NCBI RefSeq assembly: GCF_006345805.1
Contig: NC_043025.1
Span: 13,330,001-13,394,000 of the forward strand
Direction: 5' to 3'
From: Octopus sinensis
Lineage: Eukaryota
DNA: 64,000 nucleotides
Shown piece after piece: positions 23,935-35,583 of the stretch. The notes beneath the pieces are model-generated. The model saw only the letters and a program-made list of their open reading frames with translations. It did not search any database and had not been told where the DNA came from. The position numbers and the translations under genes are program-made. Numbering within the stretch: the stretch's first letter is position 1; the number at the start of each line of letters is the position of its first letter.

Positions 23935-25140
23935 CAGGGTGCGCAAATAAACTGTTGTCTAAATTACATAAAAATGAAAATTACGCCAACATCTCATTTT
24001 AACAGATATACTCTTTTACTCTTTTCTCTCTTTTACTTGTTTCAGTCATTTGACTGCGGCCATGCTGGAGCACCGCCTTTAGTCGAGCAAATCGACCCCG
24101 GGACTTATTCTTTGTAAGCCCAGTACTTATTCTATCGGTCTCTTTTTGCCGAACCGCTAAGTTACGGGGACGTAAACACACCAGCATCGGTTGTCAAGCA
24201 ATGCTAGGGAGACAAACACAGACACACACACACATACATATATACGACAGGCTTCTTTCAGTTTCCGTCTACCAAATCCACTCACAAGGCATTGGTCGGC
24301 CCGGGGCTATAGCAGAAGACACTTGCCCAAGGTGCCACGCAGTGGGACTGAACCCGGAACCATGTGGTTGGTTAGCAAGCTACTTACCACACAGCCACTC
24401 CTGCGCCTATTTACCAAAATTACATAAAAACATTTTGAAGTACTAAAGAGTAAATTTATTCAATAAAATCGCCATTGGCTTCAACCATGGCCTGCAGACG
24501 ACTTCAGAATCTCCTGCAACTCTTCTGAACGCTCTCCTTGTTTAAGTTGGTAAATGCTGCCATAATCCTTGCCTTCGGTCCATCTTTGGTGTTACAAGGA
24601 GTTTTGTTGGTCTCTCAGTCAACTGAGCCCCACACATAATAATCAAGGGAGTTGCAGTCTGGGGAGTTAGGTGGCCTAATACTAGGGGTGATGTGGTCGC
24701 AGAAATTGTCTGACAGCCATCACTGGGTTCTCCTGTTCGTGTGGTATGATGCTGAGTTCTGTTGCCAAATATAGGGTCTTCTAGCAGCCACCTTCTTGGC
24801 CCAGGGCGGCACTACCTCCTCCAAGTTCTTGATATAGGCCTCTGTGTTGAGTCTGAGGCCGTATGGGAAGATGAATCGAGACATAACGTCGCCATTACTT
24901 GTGATCACTCCAAACACCTTTGCAATCACCTTTAGACTCGTCCAACTCTTTCCGAATTCTCTGCACGGTCCTCAGATTGACACCCAAACACTCTGGAATG
25001 TTTGTATTGGAACTCCCGGTGCGAATGCCAAGCAGTACACCATGTTGTTTTCAAGTTTCCGGCTGAGTGAATTACGTCATGAGGCTGTTTTGCTAACAGA
25101 CGGTGCCCAACTGACCCTACGATACTGTGTAGTCGACAAA
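23935..25140 (-). mobile_element. Decayed, internally deleted Tc1/mariner-superfamily transposon (maT/DD37D-like) with a SINE insertion
   Basis: Minus frames: HGVLLGIRTGSSNTNIPECLGVNLRTVQRIRKEL (HTH), WQQNSASYHT, PPNSPDCNSLDYYVWG, AMVEANGDFIE*; TIR TA|CAGGGTGCG. Confidence 0.82.
24011..24408 (-). mobile_element. SINE family A nested in the maT element
   Basis: Interrupts CATTTTAACAGA|TATTTACCAAAATT. Confidence 0.9.
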
Positions 25141-25329
25141 ATCAAAAACAAGCAATGCACAGGCATGAAAATAAAATAAAATAAATACCAGTTGTGTACT
25201 GGAGTCGATCCAATCGACTTGCCCCCGCCTCCACACAAAAAAAATTTCGGACCTTGTGCCCAGAGAAGAAAAGTATACGTGTGTGCATGTGTATATATGC
25301 ATGTGTTTGTGTGCATGTATGCATGTACG

Positions 25330-25360
25330 TATGTGTGTGTGTGTGTGTGTGTGTGTATGA

Positions 25361-25391
<31 letters not shown>

Positions 25392-25797
25392 AGTGTGTGT
25401 GTGTGTGTGTGTGTGAGTGTGTGTGTGTCTGTGTGTGTGTGTGTGTGCGTGAGTTTGTGTGTGTGTGTGCGTGTGAGTGTGTCTGTGTGTGTTTGTGTGC
25501 ATGTATGCATGTACGTATGTGTGTGTGTGTGTGTGTGTGTGTATGAGTGTGGTGTGTGTGTGTGCGTGTGCGTGTGTGAGTGTGTGTGTGAGTGTGTGTG
25601 AGTGTGTGTGTGTGAGTGTGTGTGTGCGTGAGTTGTGTGTGTGTGTGTGTGCGTGTGAGTGTGTGTGTGCGTGTGTCTGTGTGTGAGTGTGTGTCTGTGT
25701 GTGTTTGTGTGAGTGTGTGTGTTTGTGTGCATGTATGCATGTACGTATGTGTGTGTGTGTATGTGTGAGTGTGTGTGTGCGTGAGTGTGTGTGTGTA
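25330..25797. repeat. (GT)n-rich microsatellite
   Basis: Direct reading. Confidence 0.95.
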
Positions 25798-26244
25798 CCA
25801 GTTTTCTAACAGTGATGTTCTATTCAATGAAACAAGCAGCTGGGAAGAAGTAAATAGACGAAATGTGATGACAAACGAAGATAAAGCCATGGGTTCTCGG
25901 GGTGGAGGCTGGAGCAGGGCGGGAAGGGGTCGCATTTATCGGTGGGGGTAAGTACAAGCAAACCCGTGTGCGTACGAGCGTTCTCTGAGTGCAAGAAGAT
26001 TTCTATCTCCAGCCCCCATGCTGACACTCCTGCCAGCCGGCGGGGACGGCATGCATGGCAAGCCTCTGAAATTCCAGGTTACTTCTATGCCCACACACAC
26101 ACACACACACACACAAATATATAAATATTTTTTTTTTATAAATATAAATATATATATATTTATAAAAATATAAACATATATTTATATTTATATATATTTA
26201 TATATATAGACATAAATATAATAAATATATATAATATATATATA

Positions 26245-26465
26245 CTCTTTTACTCTTTTACTTGTTTCAGTCATTTGACTGTGGCCATGCTGGAGCACCG
26301 CCTTTAATCGAGCAACTCGACCATGGGACTTATTTTTTGTAAGCCCAGTACTTATTCTATCAGTCTCTTTTGCCGAACCGCTAAGTTACGGGGACGTAAA
26401 CACACCAGCATCGGTTGTCAAGGAATGCGAGGGGGACAAACACAGACAAACAAACATATACACAC

Positions 26466-26530
<65 letters not shown>

Positions 26531-26690
26531 TACGACAGGCTTCTTTCAGTTTCCGTCTACCAAATCCACTCACAAGGCATTGGTCGGCCCGGGACTATAG
26601 CAGAAGACACTTGCCCAAGATGCCACACAGTGGGACTGAACCCGGAACCATGTGGTTGGTTAGCAAGCTACTTACCACACAGCCACTCCT
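26245..26690 (-). mobile_element. SINE family A flanked by ~110-bp AT-rich direct repeats
   Basis: Flanks ~26128-26232 and ~26691-26801 are similar. Confidence 0.85.
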
Positions 26691-26802
26691 TTTTTTTATA
26701 AATATAAATATATATAAATGTATATATATATTTATATTTATAAAGATATAAACATATATTTATATTTATATCTATAGACATAAATAAATATAATAAATAT
26801 AT

Positions 26803-27062
26803 CATCATCATCATCATCATCATTTAGCGTCCGCTTTCCATGCTAGCATGGGTTGGACGGTTCAACTGGGGTCTGTGAAGCCAGAAGGCTGCATCAGACC
26901 CCAGTCTGATCTGGCAGAGTTTCTACAGCTGGATGTCCTCCTAACGCCAACCACTCCGTGAGTGTAGTGGGTGCTTTTTACGTGCCAGACGGGGCTGGCA
27001 AACGGCCACGGTCGGATGGTGCTTTTTATGTGCCACCGGCACGGGAGCCAGGCAAGGCTGGC
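26803..27062 (-). mobile_element. RTE 3' UTR fragment
   Basis: (CAT)n tail and UTR match. Confidence 0.8.
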
Positions 27063-27107
27063 ATTTTTATTATTATTATTGTTATTATTATTATTATTAT
27101 TAATATT

Positions 27108-27140
<33 letters not shown>

Positions 27141-27452
27141 ATTATTATTATTGTTGTTATTATTATTATTATTATTTATTAATTTATTTTATCATCATTA
27201 TTATTTATTTATTCTATTGCAGAATTCTCTACGTTTGTGAGTTTGACACTTGAAACCAGAACTGAATCCATTCCTTGGTCTTCAACCTTCGACACTTTAC
27301 TCTGAACACCACGCTGCGTTGATGCCATTGCTCGCTTATATTTCGTAAACCTCTCCACCAGTTCACACACCATCCACCCATCTAAATATCTCGAGCTACC
27401 ATCTAGTTTCAGAAAACCTCTTGCCCGGAAATTCACCGTTTATTAATCCGCC

Positions 27453-28523
27453 ATGGATCTGGAAAATATGACATTTCGTTCAACGGGCTCTGATGTCGAT
27501 GCGAGACATGTCCTCGTCGAAGGCGTCTTACCGCCTGCCTGCATCTGTGGAATCGTCGGCATTATAATCACATTGATAATATTAAGCCATAAACACATGG
27601 CCACCTCCACCAATACGTACTTGATTGGATTGGCAGCTGCGGATTTGATGTTTCTGATTATTGTTTCGTTGCGTCTGTGGGGTGTGATGGTCTCGCATAG
27701 CGACTTGAACACCTGGGAGATATTTACCGCTTATTCGGAGATTTTCTTGCGAATGTTCAACCTGATTTCCGTATGGATGATAGTCATGCTTGCCGTTGAA
27801 CGCTTTATAGCCATTTGCATTCCTTATAAAGCGATGGACATGTGCACGGTCAACCGATCACGGTGCATCGTGGTTTTCATCTACATCGCTGCTTTCGTTT
27901 GCCAATCACTGCATTTCGCCAAGTACAAGATCGTGGCTTCGCACACCGAATTTAACGAGAGCGAATACACGCTGCACCACACACAGCTCTCCGGAGACGT
28001 TCTCTTCACCATCATCTACGGATGGGTTTTCGAAGGCCTGATCGGCGTCATCATACCATTCGTGTTAATCCTGGTCTTGAACAGCCGTCTCATATACGAA
28101 ATACACAAATCAACACAATACCTTAAGCGACAGATTGGTGCCAACACGCGAACCAGCTTCGACATCAGTTCAGAACAAATGAAAATCACAACAATGTTGA
28201 TCGCGATGTGCGTCGTCTTCCTCATCTGCCAGGCTCCGTATGTTCTCTACAATTACGTCATTAGCATCCATGCCGGGAGCTTCAGGGGCCAGCACCATTT
28301 ATTAATTATGGCAGTATCAATCCTGTTAGCGGCAATGAAATCAACCATAAACTTTGTGCTTTACTGTTGGTTCAGCGAAAAGTTTTGGACCACTTTTAAA
28401 AGTCTGTTGTGCTTCAGGTGTGCAAAGTTGCGCAACCTGACCCAAAACCAATCAAACGGTAACCCAAAGAACATAAACCCCAGAAATAATTCCGTCTCCA
28501 ATTCTAAAGAAACTACCATTTAA
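27453..28523 (+). CDS. Class A (rhodopsin-like) GPCR, FMRFamide/sex-peptide-receptor-like, single coding exon, 356 aa
   Basis: Seven hydrophobic segments; LAAAD (TM2), ERF (TM3), IPF (TM5), FLICQAP (TM6), INFVLY (TM7); GCCATGG start; candidate acceptor TTCTATTGCAG at 27222. Confidence 0.93.
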   Translation: MDLENMTFRSTGSDVDARHVLVEGVLPPACICGIVGIIITLIILSHKHMATSTNTYLIGLAAADLMFLIIVSLRLWGVMVSHSDLNTWEIFTAYSEIFLRMFNLISVWMIVMLAVERFIAICIPYKAMDMCTVNRSRCIVVFIYIAAFVCQSLHFAKYKIVASHTEFNESEYTLHHTQLSGDVLFTIIYGWVFEGLIGVIIPFVLILVLNSRLIYEIHKSTQYLKRQIGANTRTSFDISSEQMKITTMLIAMCVVFLICQAPYVLYNYVISIHAGSFRGQHHLLIMAVSILLAAMKSTINFVLYCWFSEKFWTTFKSLLCFRCAKLRNLTQNQSNGNPKNINPRNNSVSNSKETTI

Positions 28524-28778
28524 TTCTACGCGATTCCCATCTTCCAATCTCCACGCTTACCAGTCTGTCTCTGTTTCATATACATACATGCATACATACA
28601 TACATTACATATATACACACACACATACATACATACATACATACATAGATACATACACATACATACATACCCCCACAAATATATACAATCATACACATAC
28701 ATACATATGCATATATATTTACACACATACATGTAGATATATACAAACATACATACATAACATACATACATACATACA

Positions 28779-28854
<76 letters not shown>

Positions 28855-29020
28855 AATTGAGATAGGGGTTGTGAGTGCAACCCTCCATGGGATAACGTAT
28901 ATCCAATATACTGCTAGTGAAGTACCCAACAAAGTTAATACATAAATATTAAGGATTGCGATGCAATCAATTCATTTACTGTATTATATGGGCAAAGGTA
29001 AAATGTTTTGCCACAAATTA

Positions 29021-29440
29021 ATAATACAAGATAAGAAAATGGAGAAATACATCTAAATCATTAATCAACTACCAGATAATACCCAATCACATAATTTATT
29101 GAACCACCACATAAGAACATTAAGGTTAAACAAAACAGCGTAAATGAATGAGTAATACAATACAATAGGTACAATCATTATAAGAGGATATAAATAAATA
29201 AATATAAATAGATATAAATAGCTGTAAGATATAATATTTATATTTATATCTATTTATATTTATTTATTTATATCCTCTTATAATGATTGTACCTATTGTA
29301 TTGTATTACTCATTCATTTACGCTGTTTTGTTTAACCTTAATGTTCTTATGTGGTGGTTCAATAAAGTATGTGATTGGGTATTATCTGGTAGTTGATTAA
29401 TGATTTAGATGTGTTTCTCCATTTCCTTATTTTGTATTAT
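29021..29440. repeat. Near-perfect inverted repeat, arms ~200 bp, 20-bp spacer, ending at (TA)n
   Basis: Arms 29021-29220 and 29241-29440. Confidence 0.95.
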
Positions 29441-29556
29441 ATAATATATATATATATATATACATGCATGCACACATACACACATACATTCTGCTGTACG
29501 TGCATACACAAAATTACATACAAACCACATATACACACATAAGCTACATACATATA

Positions 29557-29616
<60 letters not shown>

Positions 29617-29642
29617 CATATTATATATGTATATATATATTA

Positions 29643-29683
<41 letters not shown>

Positions 29684-30324
29684 CATATATGTCATTGTAT
29701 TCATTTGACTGTATTTATCTATTTATTTTTCTTATTTATGTTATGTCCGAGAAGCTGCACAAGGACACAAGCGGCCTCGTACCACTTACATCATAGTTTG
29801 CACCCCCTCCACCCCCGAACCCTTTAATTATTTCCTTATTTTCTTTTTCATTTTTTATTTACATATCCATTGAAACGGTTTTCACTTCTGCCCCTCGGTT
29901 CAAATATAATTCACCAATTGTAGAGATCCCCGGACTTAGACCTGTCCCACTGCGGACATCAGGTGGTGTTCTCTGTAATCTTTCTGTAAGTACACTATGA
30001 TAAGAATGCCACGGTAATGTTTTGGATAAATATCAACTGGAATTATTTATGTTAGCATAGTGTAATGCCCATTTATAGACATGTTTGTAATTTTCTTGTA
30101 TTATTATTATTATTATTATTATTATTTATTTTTTATTTCTTTTAACAACTTTTAAGACATCTATAATTGAAATAACCCGAAAAACATTTCCCCCTGGACC
30201 ATTGCTAGATCACACTTTTACCTACGGACTTCGAAGCCCTATGACGGAAGATTGTATATTTTAAATATATTGGGCTTCCAGACTCCTTTCCTTTTCCTGT
30301 TTATTTTGGACGCTGTTGTATTAA

Positions 30325-30434
30325 CTCTGATGAAGCTCCGTGTTCTACTTTGAATGTCCTACGAAGATGAAGAATGTTATTTTCGCAATTCTTTGTAGGC
30401 ACTGAAGGGTATCGGAAGCGGAAACAGCCGTAAG
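30325..30434 (+). ncRNA. Degenerate type I hammerhead with long stem II
   Basis: CU-CUGAUGA-A-GCUCCG...CGGAAGC-G-GAAA-C-AGCC-G-UA|AG; stem I weak. Confidence 0.5.
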
Positions 30435-30689
30435 AATTGTTATGTCACATAAATGTTATGTCAAGTTTTGTATTAAATAATAAGCTATAGAAATGGTCCG
30501 ATTGATTTGTTTGTTGATCTGAGATTTTCTCTATTTTCTGATTATTTACACACACAACACACACACACACACACACACACATATTAATAATAATAATATG
30601 ACAACAAAAGAATGAATGAGACCTCGATATTATGTAAATAGAGGAATTTATATATAAATATATAATAAAGGACAATCAGTTAGTTGTCA

Positions 30690-30745
30690 TAATAATACTC
30701 AGAGCTTCAGATGCCGGGTCCAATAGACATCCTCATCAATTACTA
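30690..30745 (-). ncRNA. Decayed hammerhead, inverted partner of 30765-30820
   Basis: UAGUAA-UUGAUGA-GGAUGUC...GGCAUCU-GAAG-CUCUGAG-UA|UUAUUA; stem I intact, core mutated. Confidence 0.7.
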
Positions 30746-30764
30746 AGACAAAACATTTTTGTTT

Positions 30765-30820
30765 TAATAACTGATGAGGATGTCTTTTGGCCCTGGCATC
30801 CGAAACTCTGAGTATCATCA
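30765..30820 (+). ncRNA. Type I hammerhead ribozyme, dimer-type stem III
   Basis: UAAUAA-CUGAUGA-GGAUGUC...GGCAUCC-GAAA-CUC-U-GAG-UA|UCAUCA; intact core, 7-bp stem II, two stem I mismatches. Confidence 0.8.
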
Positions 30821-31024
30821 TGGCAACTTACTGATTGTCCCATATTATATATATATATATATGTATATAAAAGAAAAAAAACCCTTTTATCAATTCAATA
30901 ATGAAGAATTAAATTATACCATTTAGAAAAATGACATATTATACAAAGATTAAATATAAGATAAAACATATAACGATGATTAAGTAATGTGCAAAATAAT
31001 AAATAAAACGTATATATTTAGTAG

Positions 31025-31046
31025 AATAACGACACGTGTTTCGTGG
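31025..31046 (-). ncRNA. Hammerhead 3' half only
   Basis: CCAC-GAAA-CACGUG-UC|GUUAUU with palindromic CACGUG; no recognisable CUGANGA. Confidence 0.4.
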
Positions 31047-31719
31047 CTGTATTTAAGAAATGATTATAGTAAAATCACTTCTAATTTATACATATATATA
31101 TTATATTTGGTGAAATTTGATTTAGTATTTCTAAATTGAATTTTTCCCTGTAAGTTTGGAATAATATTCCCTTATATTATATTAAATTAGAGATAAAACC
31201 ACTATTAGGCAAATCATACAATGAAAACCTTAAACCAATACATAAGATTATTTAATTAATATTATTTAAATATATAACAAAATTATTAAAAAAATTATTT
31301 AAAAAAATTATTAAAAAAATTATTAAAAAAAAATTATTAAAAAAATTATTAAAAAAATTAACACATACATACACACACAGGAATATATATGCAGACACAT
31401 TATAGGCATACATACATACATACAAGCATGCATGCATGCATACATTCAAACATGCATACATACATGCATTGTGAAAATTGACTTGTGACCGAGTAACCGA
31501 AGAAGACCACTCCTTAGGCTCAAAATACCAAGTTATGAAACCAGTGACGCAACAGAGATCGAGACGGCCAGAAACCAATTCCACTTTATGTGTGTTGATA
31601 CAACTTTACCGTTTCCTAGAAGGAAGTTCTAACAAGAATTGGGAACCCTTCACTCCCAGTGAATATACACATATTGAGGCAGGTGAGATTGAAATCAAAT
31701 TCAATGACTGGCATCCGTC

Positions 31720-32868
31720 CTTGTGGAGCGCTAAGAGCACCATCCGAGCATGATCGTTGCCAGAGCAACAAACTGGACTCCGTGCCAGTGGCACGTAAAA
31801 AGCACCATTCGAGCGTGATCATTACCTGCGTCGCTTTACTGGCACTTGTGCTGGTGGCACCTGAAAAAACATTCGAGCAAGGTCGTTGCCAGTGTCGCTG
31901 GACTGGCTCCTGTGCAGGTGGCACATAAAAAGCACCATTCGAGCGTGATCATTACCTGCGTCGCTTTACTGGCACTTGTGCTGGTGGCATGTGAAAAAAC
32001 ATTCGAGCGAGGTCGTAGCCAGTGCCGCTGAACTGGCTCCTGTGCAGGTGGCACATAAAAAGTACCATTTGTGTGTGGTTGCTTTATGCATCTTAATTAC
32101 TATATATAAAAACTTTACACACACACCCACACACACACACACACTGTGGAAAATTGCTGAAACAGGGACTTTTTTTTGTTGTACTTTGATATTGTCAAAC
32201 CGACATTTCCTAATTGTTTTATTACACACTGGCTTCCGTGCCGGTGGCATGTAAAAAGCACCATCCGACCGTGGCCGTTTGCCAGCCTCGTCTAGCACCT
32301 GTGCCGGTGGCACATAAAAAGTACCATCCGACCGTGGCCGTTTGCCAGCCTCGTCTGGCACCTGTGCTGGTGGCACGTAAAAAGCACCATCCGACCGTGG
32401 CCGTTTGCCAGCCTCGTCTGGCACCTGTGCTGGTGGCACGTAAAAAGCACCATCCGACCGTGGCCGTTTGCCAGCCTCGTCTGGCACCTGTGCCGGTGGC
32501 ACGTAAAAAGCACCATCCGTTTGTGGCCATTGCCAGCCTCGTCTGGCACCATTGCCAGCCTCGTAAAAAGCACCATCTGTCAGTGGCCATTTGCCAGCCT
32601 CGTCTGGCACCTGTGCCGGTGGCACGTAAAAAGCACCATCCGACCGTGGCCGTTTGACAGCCTCGTCTGGCACTTGTGCCGGTGGCACATAAAAAGCCAC
32701 TACTAAACTCACAGAGTGGTTGGCGTTAGGAAGGGCATCCAGCCATAGAAACATTGCCAGATCAGACTGGCTTGGTGCAGCCTCCTGGCTTCCCAGACCC
32801 CAGTTGAACCGTCCAACCCATGCCAGCATGGAAAGCGGACGCTAAACGATGATGATGATGATGATGAT
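31720..32868 (+). mobile_element. RTE 3' UTR copies with amplified internal ~60-65-nt repeats
   Basis: 130-nt dimer unit at ~31770-32070; about 7 copies of GTGCCGGTGGCACGTAAAAAGCACCATCCG... at 32236-32700; (GAT)n tail. Confidence 0.8.
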
Positions 32869-33113
32869 GTAAGTATCAAATAAGACTACTGAACCTCACA
32901 CACCATATTTACATTATCACAACACATTTGTGACGACAATCGCCCCCAGAATACTTTCATGCTGTTTGTCCCCTATATCTTTTAATCTTCTTCATTAATA
33001 ATATTATCAAACTAAATGACAAAAAGAGGGAGAATTACCTTACTGCAATTTATCACAAAAAAGAAAAAAAAAATCAGCCATACAAACAAGAATTTTATCT
33101 TTGATGGGAAGTT

Positions 33114-33703
33114 GGTGAGCTGGCAGAACTGTTAGCACGTCGGGCGAAATGCTTAGCGGTATTTCGTCAGCCATTACGTTCTGAGTTCAAATTCCGCCGA
33201 GGTCGACTTTGCCTTTCATCCTTTCGGGGTCAATAAGTTAAGTACTGATTAAGCACTGGGGTCGATGTAATCGAATTAATCCGTTTGTCTGTCCTTATTT
33301 GTCCCCTCTGTGTTTAGCCCCTTGTGGGTAATAAAGAAATAGGTATTTCGTCAGCCATTACGTTCTGAGTTCAAATTCCGCCGAGGTCGACTTTGCCTTT
33401 CATCCTTTCGGGGTCAATAAGTTAAGTACCGATTAAGCACTGGGGTCGATGTAATCAAATTAATCCGTTTGTCTGTCCTTATTTGTCCCCTCTGTGTTTA
33501 GCCCCTTGTGGGCAATAAAGAAATAGGTATTTCGTCTGTTGTTACGTTGTGAGTTCAAATTCCGCCGAGGTCGACTTTGCCTTTCATCCTTTCGGGGTCG
33601 ATAAATTAAGTACCAGTTACGCACTGGGGTCGATGTAATCGACTTAATCCCTTTCTTTGTCCTTGTTTGTCCCCTCTATGTTTACCCTTGTGGGTAATAA
33701 AGA

Positions 33704-33705
<2 letters not shown>
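33114..33705 (+). mobile_element. SINE family B, head plus three tandem 184-bp bodies
   Basis: GGTATTTCGTC at 33158, 33342 and 33526. Confidence 0.88.
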
Positions 33706-33734
<29 letters not shown>

Positions 33735-33746
<12 letters not shown>

Positions 33747-33945
33747 TTGTGTTTGTGTTTGTTCCCCCAACATCGTTTGACAACCGATGATGGTTCGTTT
33801 ACGTCCCCGTAACTTAGCAGTTCGGCAAAAGTACTAGGCTTACAAAGAATAAGTCCCGGGGTCAATTTGCTCGACTAAAGGCGGTGCTCCAGCATGGCCA
33901 CAGTCACATGACTGAAACAAGTAAAAGAGAGAAAAGGGAGAAAAA
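33735..33945 (+). mobile_element. SINE family A 3' half
   Basis: Tail match, internal deletion. Confidence 0.8.
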
Positions 33946-34078
33946 GAGTACACTGTATAAGTTGTTCCAGGCGGTTGGCTGCCTGGACTACAAATATGTG
34001 ATTTGGAGAATCAACAAGGACCTGGTTTCTGGAAAAGGAAACGTATCCAGTGCAGAAAGATATCAGTAGCGACCTCGT

Positions 34079-34200
34079 GAAGGCACATGGCTCAGTGGTT
34101 AGTGCGTCGAGCGCACGATTGTGAGGTTGTGAGCTCGAATCTCAGACTGGGCTGCATGATGTGTTCTTGAGCAAGACACTTTATTTCACGTTGCTCCAGT
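34079..34200 (+). mobile_element. SINE family C head
   Basis: GGCTCAGTGGTTAG...CTTGAGCAAGACAC. Confidence 0.75.
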
Positions 34201-34401
34201 AATATTAGCAAATGAAATATGTATAAGAATGTGCATTGTTCGTGTTATTGAAAAAATTCTATATGTGGCTGAAGATTGCTCGACATTTTAAAACTGATGT
34301 AATACTTACAGTGTTAAATAAAATGAAGTAGCATGAAACAATTGTGCTACTCTACCTTGGATATCCTTGTTGCTTATTTTAATTATATATATATGTATAT
34401 A

Positions 34402-34432
<31 letters not shown>

Positions 34433-34436
<4 letters not shown>

Positions 34437-34740
34437 CAGTATCACCCAGCGTTGCTCGGGTTTGTAAGGGAAATAACTATATAAGCATTTTTAGAGAGTT
34501 ACTTCCCTTATATAAACCGAGCAAAACTGCATTAAAAATGCGGAAAAATGATGGTAAATTATTTTTAAAATCGTAGACTCATCGTAGACGCGCGCTAATA
34601 CCCAGAAGGGTTCAATATGAATCACGACTATAAGATACCCGCTTTTGGTTACACTGCACCGCAAAATGTAGGAGTAGTTAGGAATCTAAATTAGAGGAGA
34701 CAGAGTCTCACACACACAACTTCAATTTTATATATAAAGA
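34433..34740 (-). mobile_element. Non-autonomous Helitron
   Basis: Same termini as 20046-20431. Confidence 0.8.
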
Positions 34741-34743
34741 TAT

Positions 34744-34774
<31 letters not shown>

Positions 34775-35583
34775 CATTATATACATATATTGTGAACATA
34801 CCACAAAGCAGTCTGCAGGTTTGAACATACAACAAATGGGATGCGGTGTAGGGGTTCTGTGTCCCCGATAATTTCACCACACGACTATTCTCACTGGAAT
34901 ATGGTCGGCATCTCATCTCACCCCTGTTTGTCATCCTTGAAAAATTTTATTATTCCACTGAAAATGTTATTTCATGAAATTTCACTCCCCACCACGACCA
35001 CCACCAAAAACCACCCCCACCTCCCCAAGTGCTGGCACAATGACGGCCCCCCCGCCCCATTACTTTATCTTCTTAAATATTCTGCATCCTCAGCCCCCCA
35101 CCCCCTCACCCATCTTATCGTTTCCTCATTAACCTACTTTCTGCTGAAGTAGGGCTTGGCACTGGCCAGAGAATAGAAGAGACCATATCCTTTGTACACC
35201 ACACACACACACACAACCACACACAGACACAACCACACACACACTTATATAGCTATACATACACACACAGAGTCACACATATATATATATATTTGTATAA
35301 CTACACACACACATACATATATATAGCTACATACTCGCATATACACACTTATATAGCTTCACACCCACATGCACATACATACACACTCACATATTTACAC
35401 GCTTATATAGCTACACACATAAACACACACACACGCACTAGAATACATACTTATATAGCTACACACACACTCATATATGCACTGACAGATATAACTACAC
35501 ACGCCATATTTACTATGTATAAGGAAACCTTTAATTTTAGGGTCTTGAAATTTGGAAAAACAGTTTTGCAAGGGATTATAATA

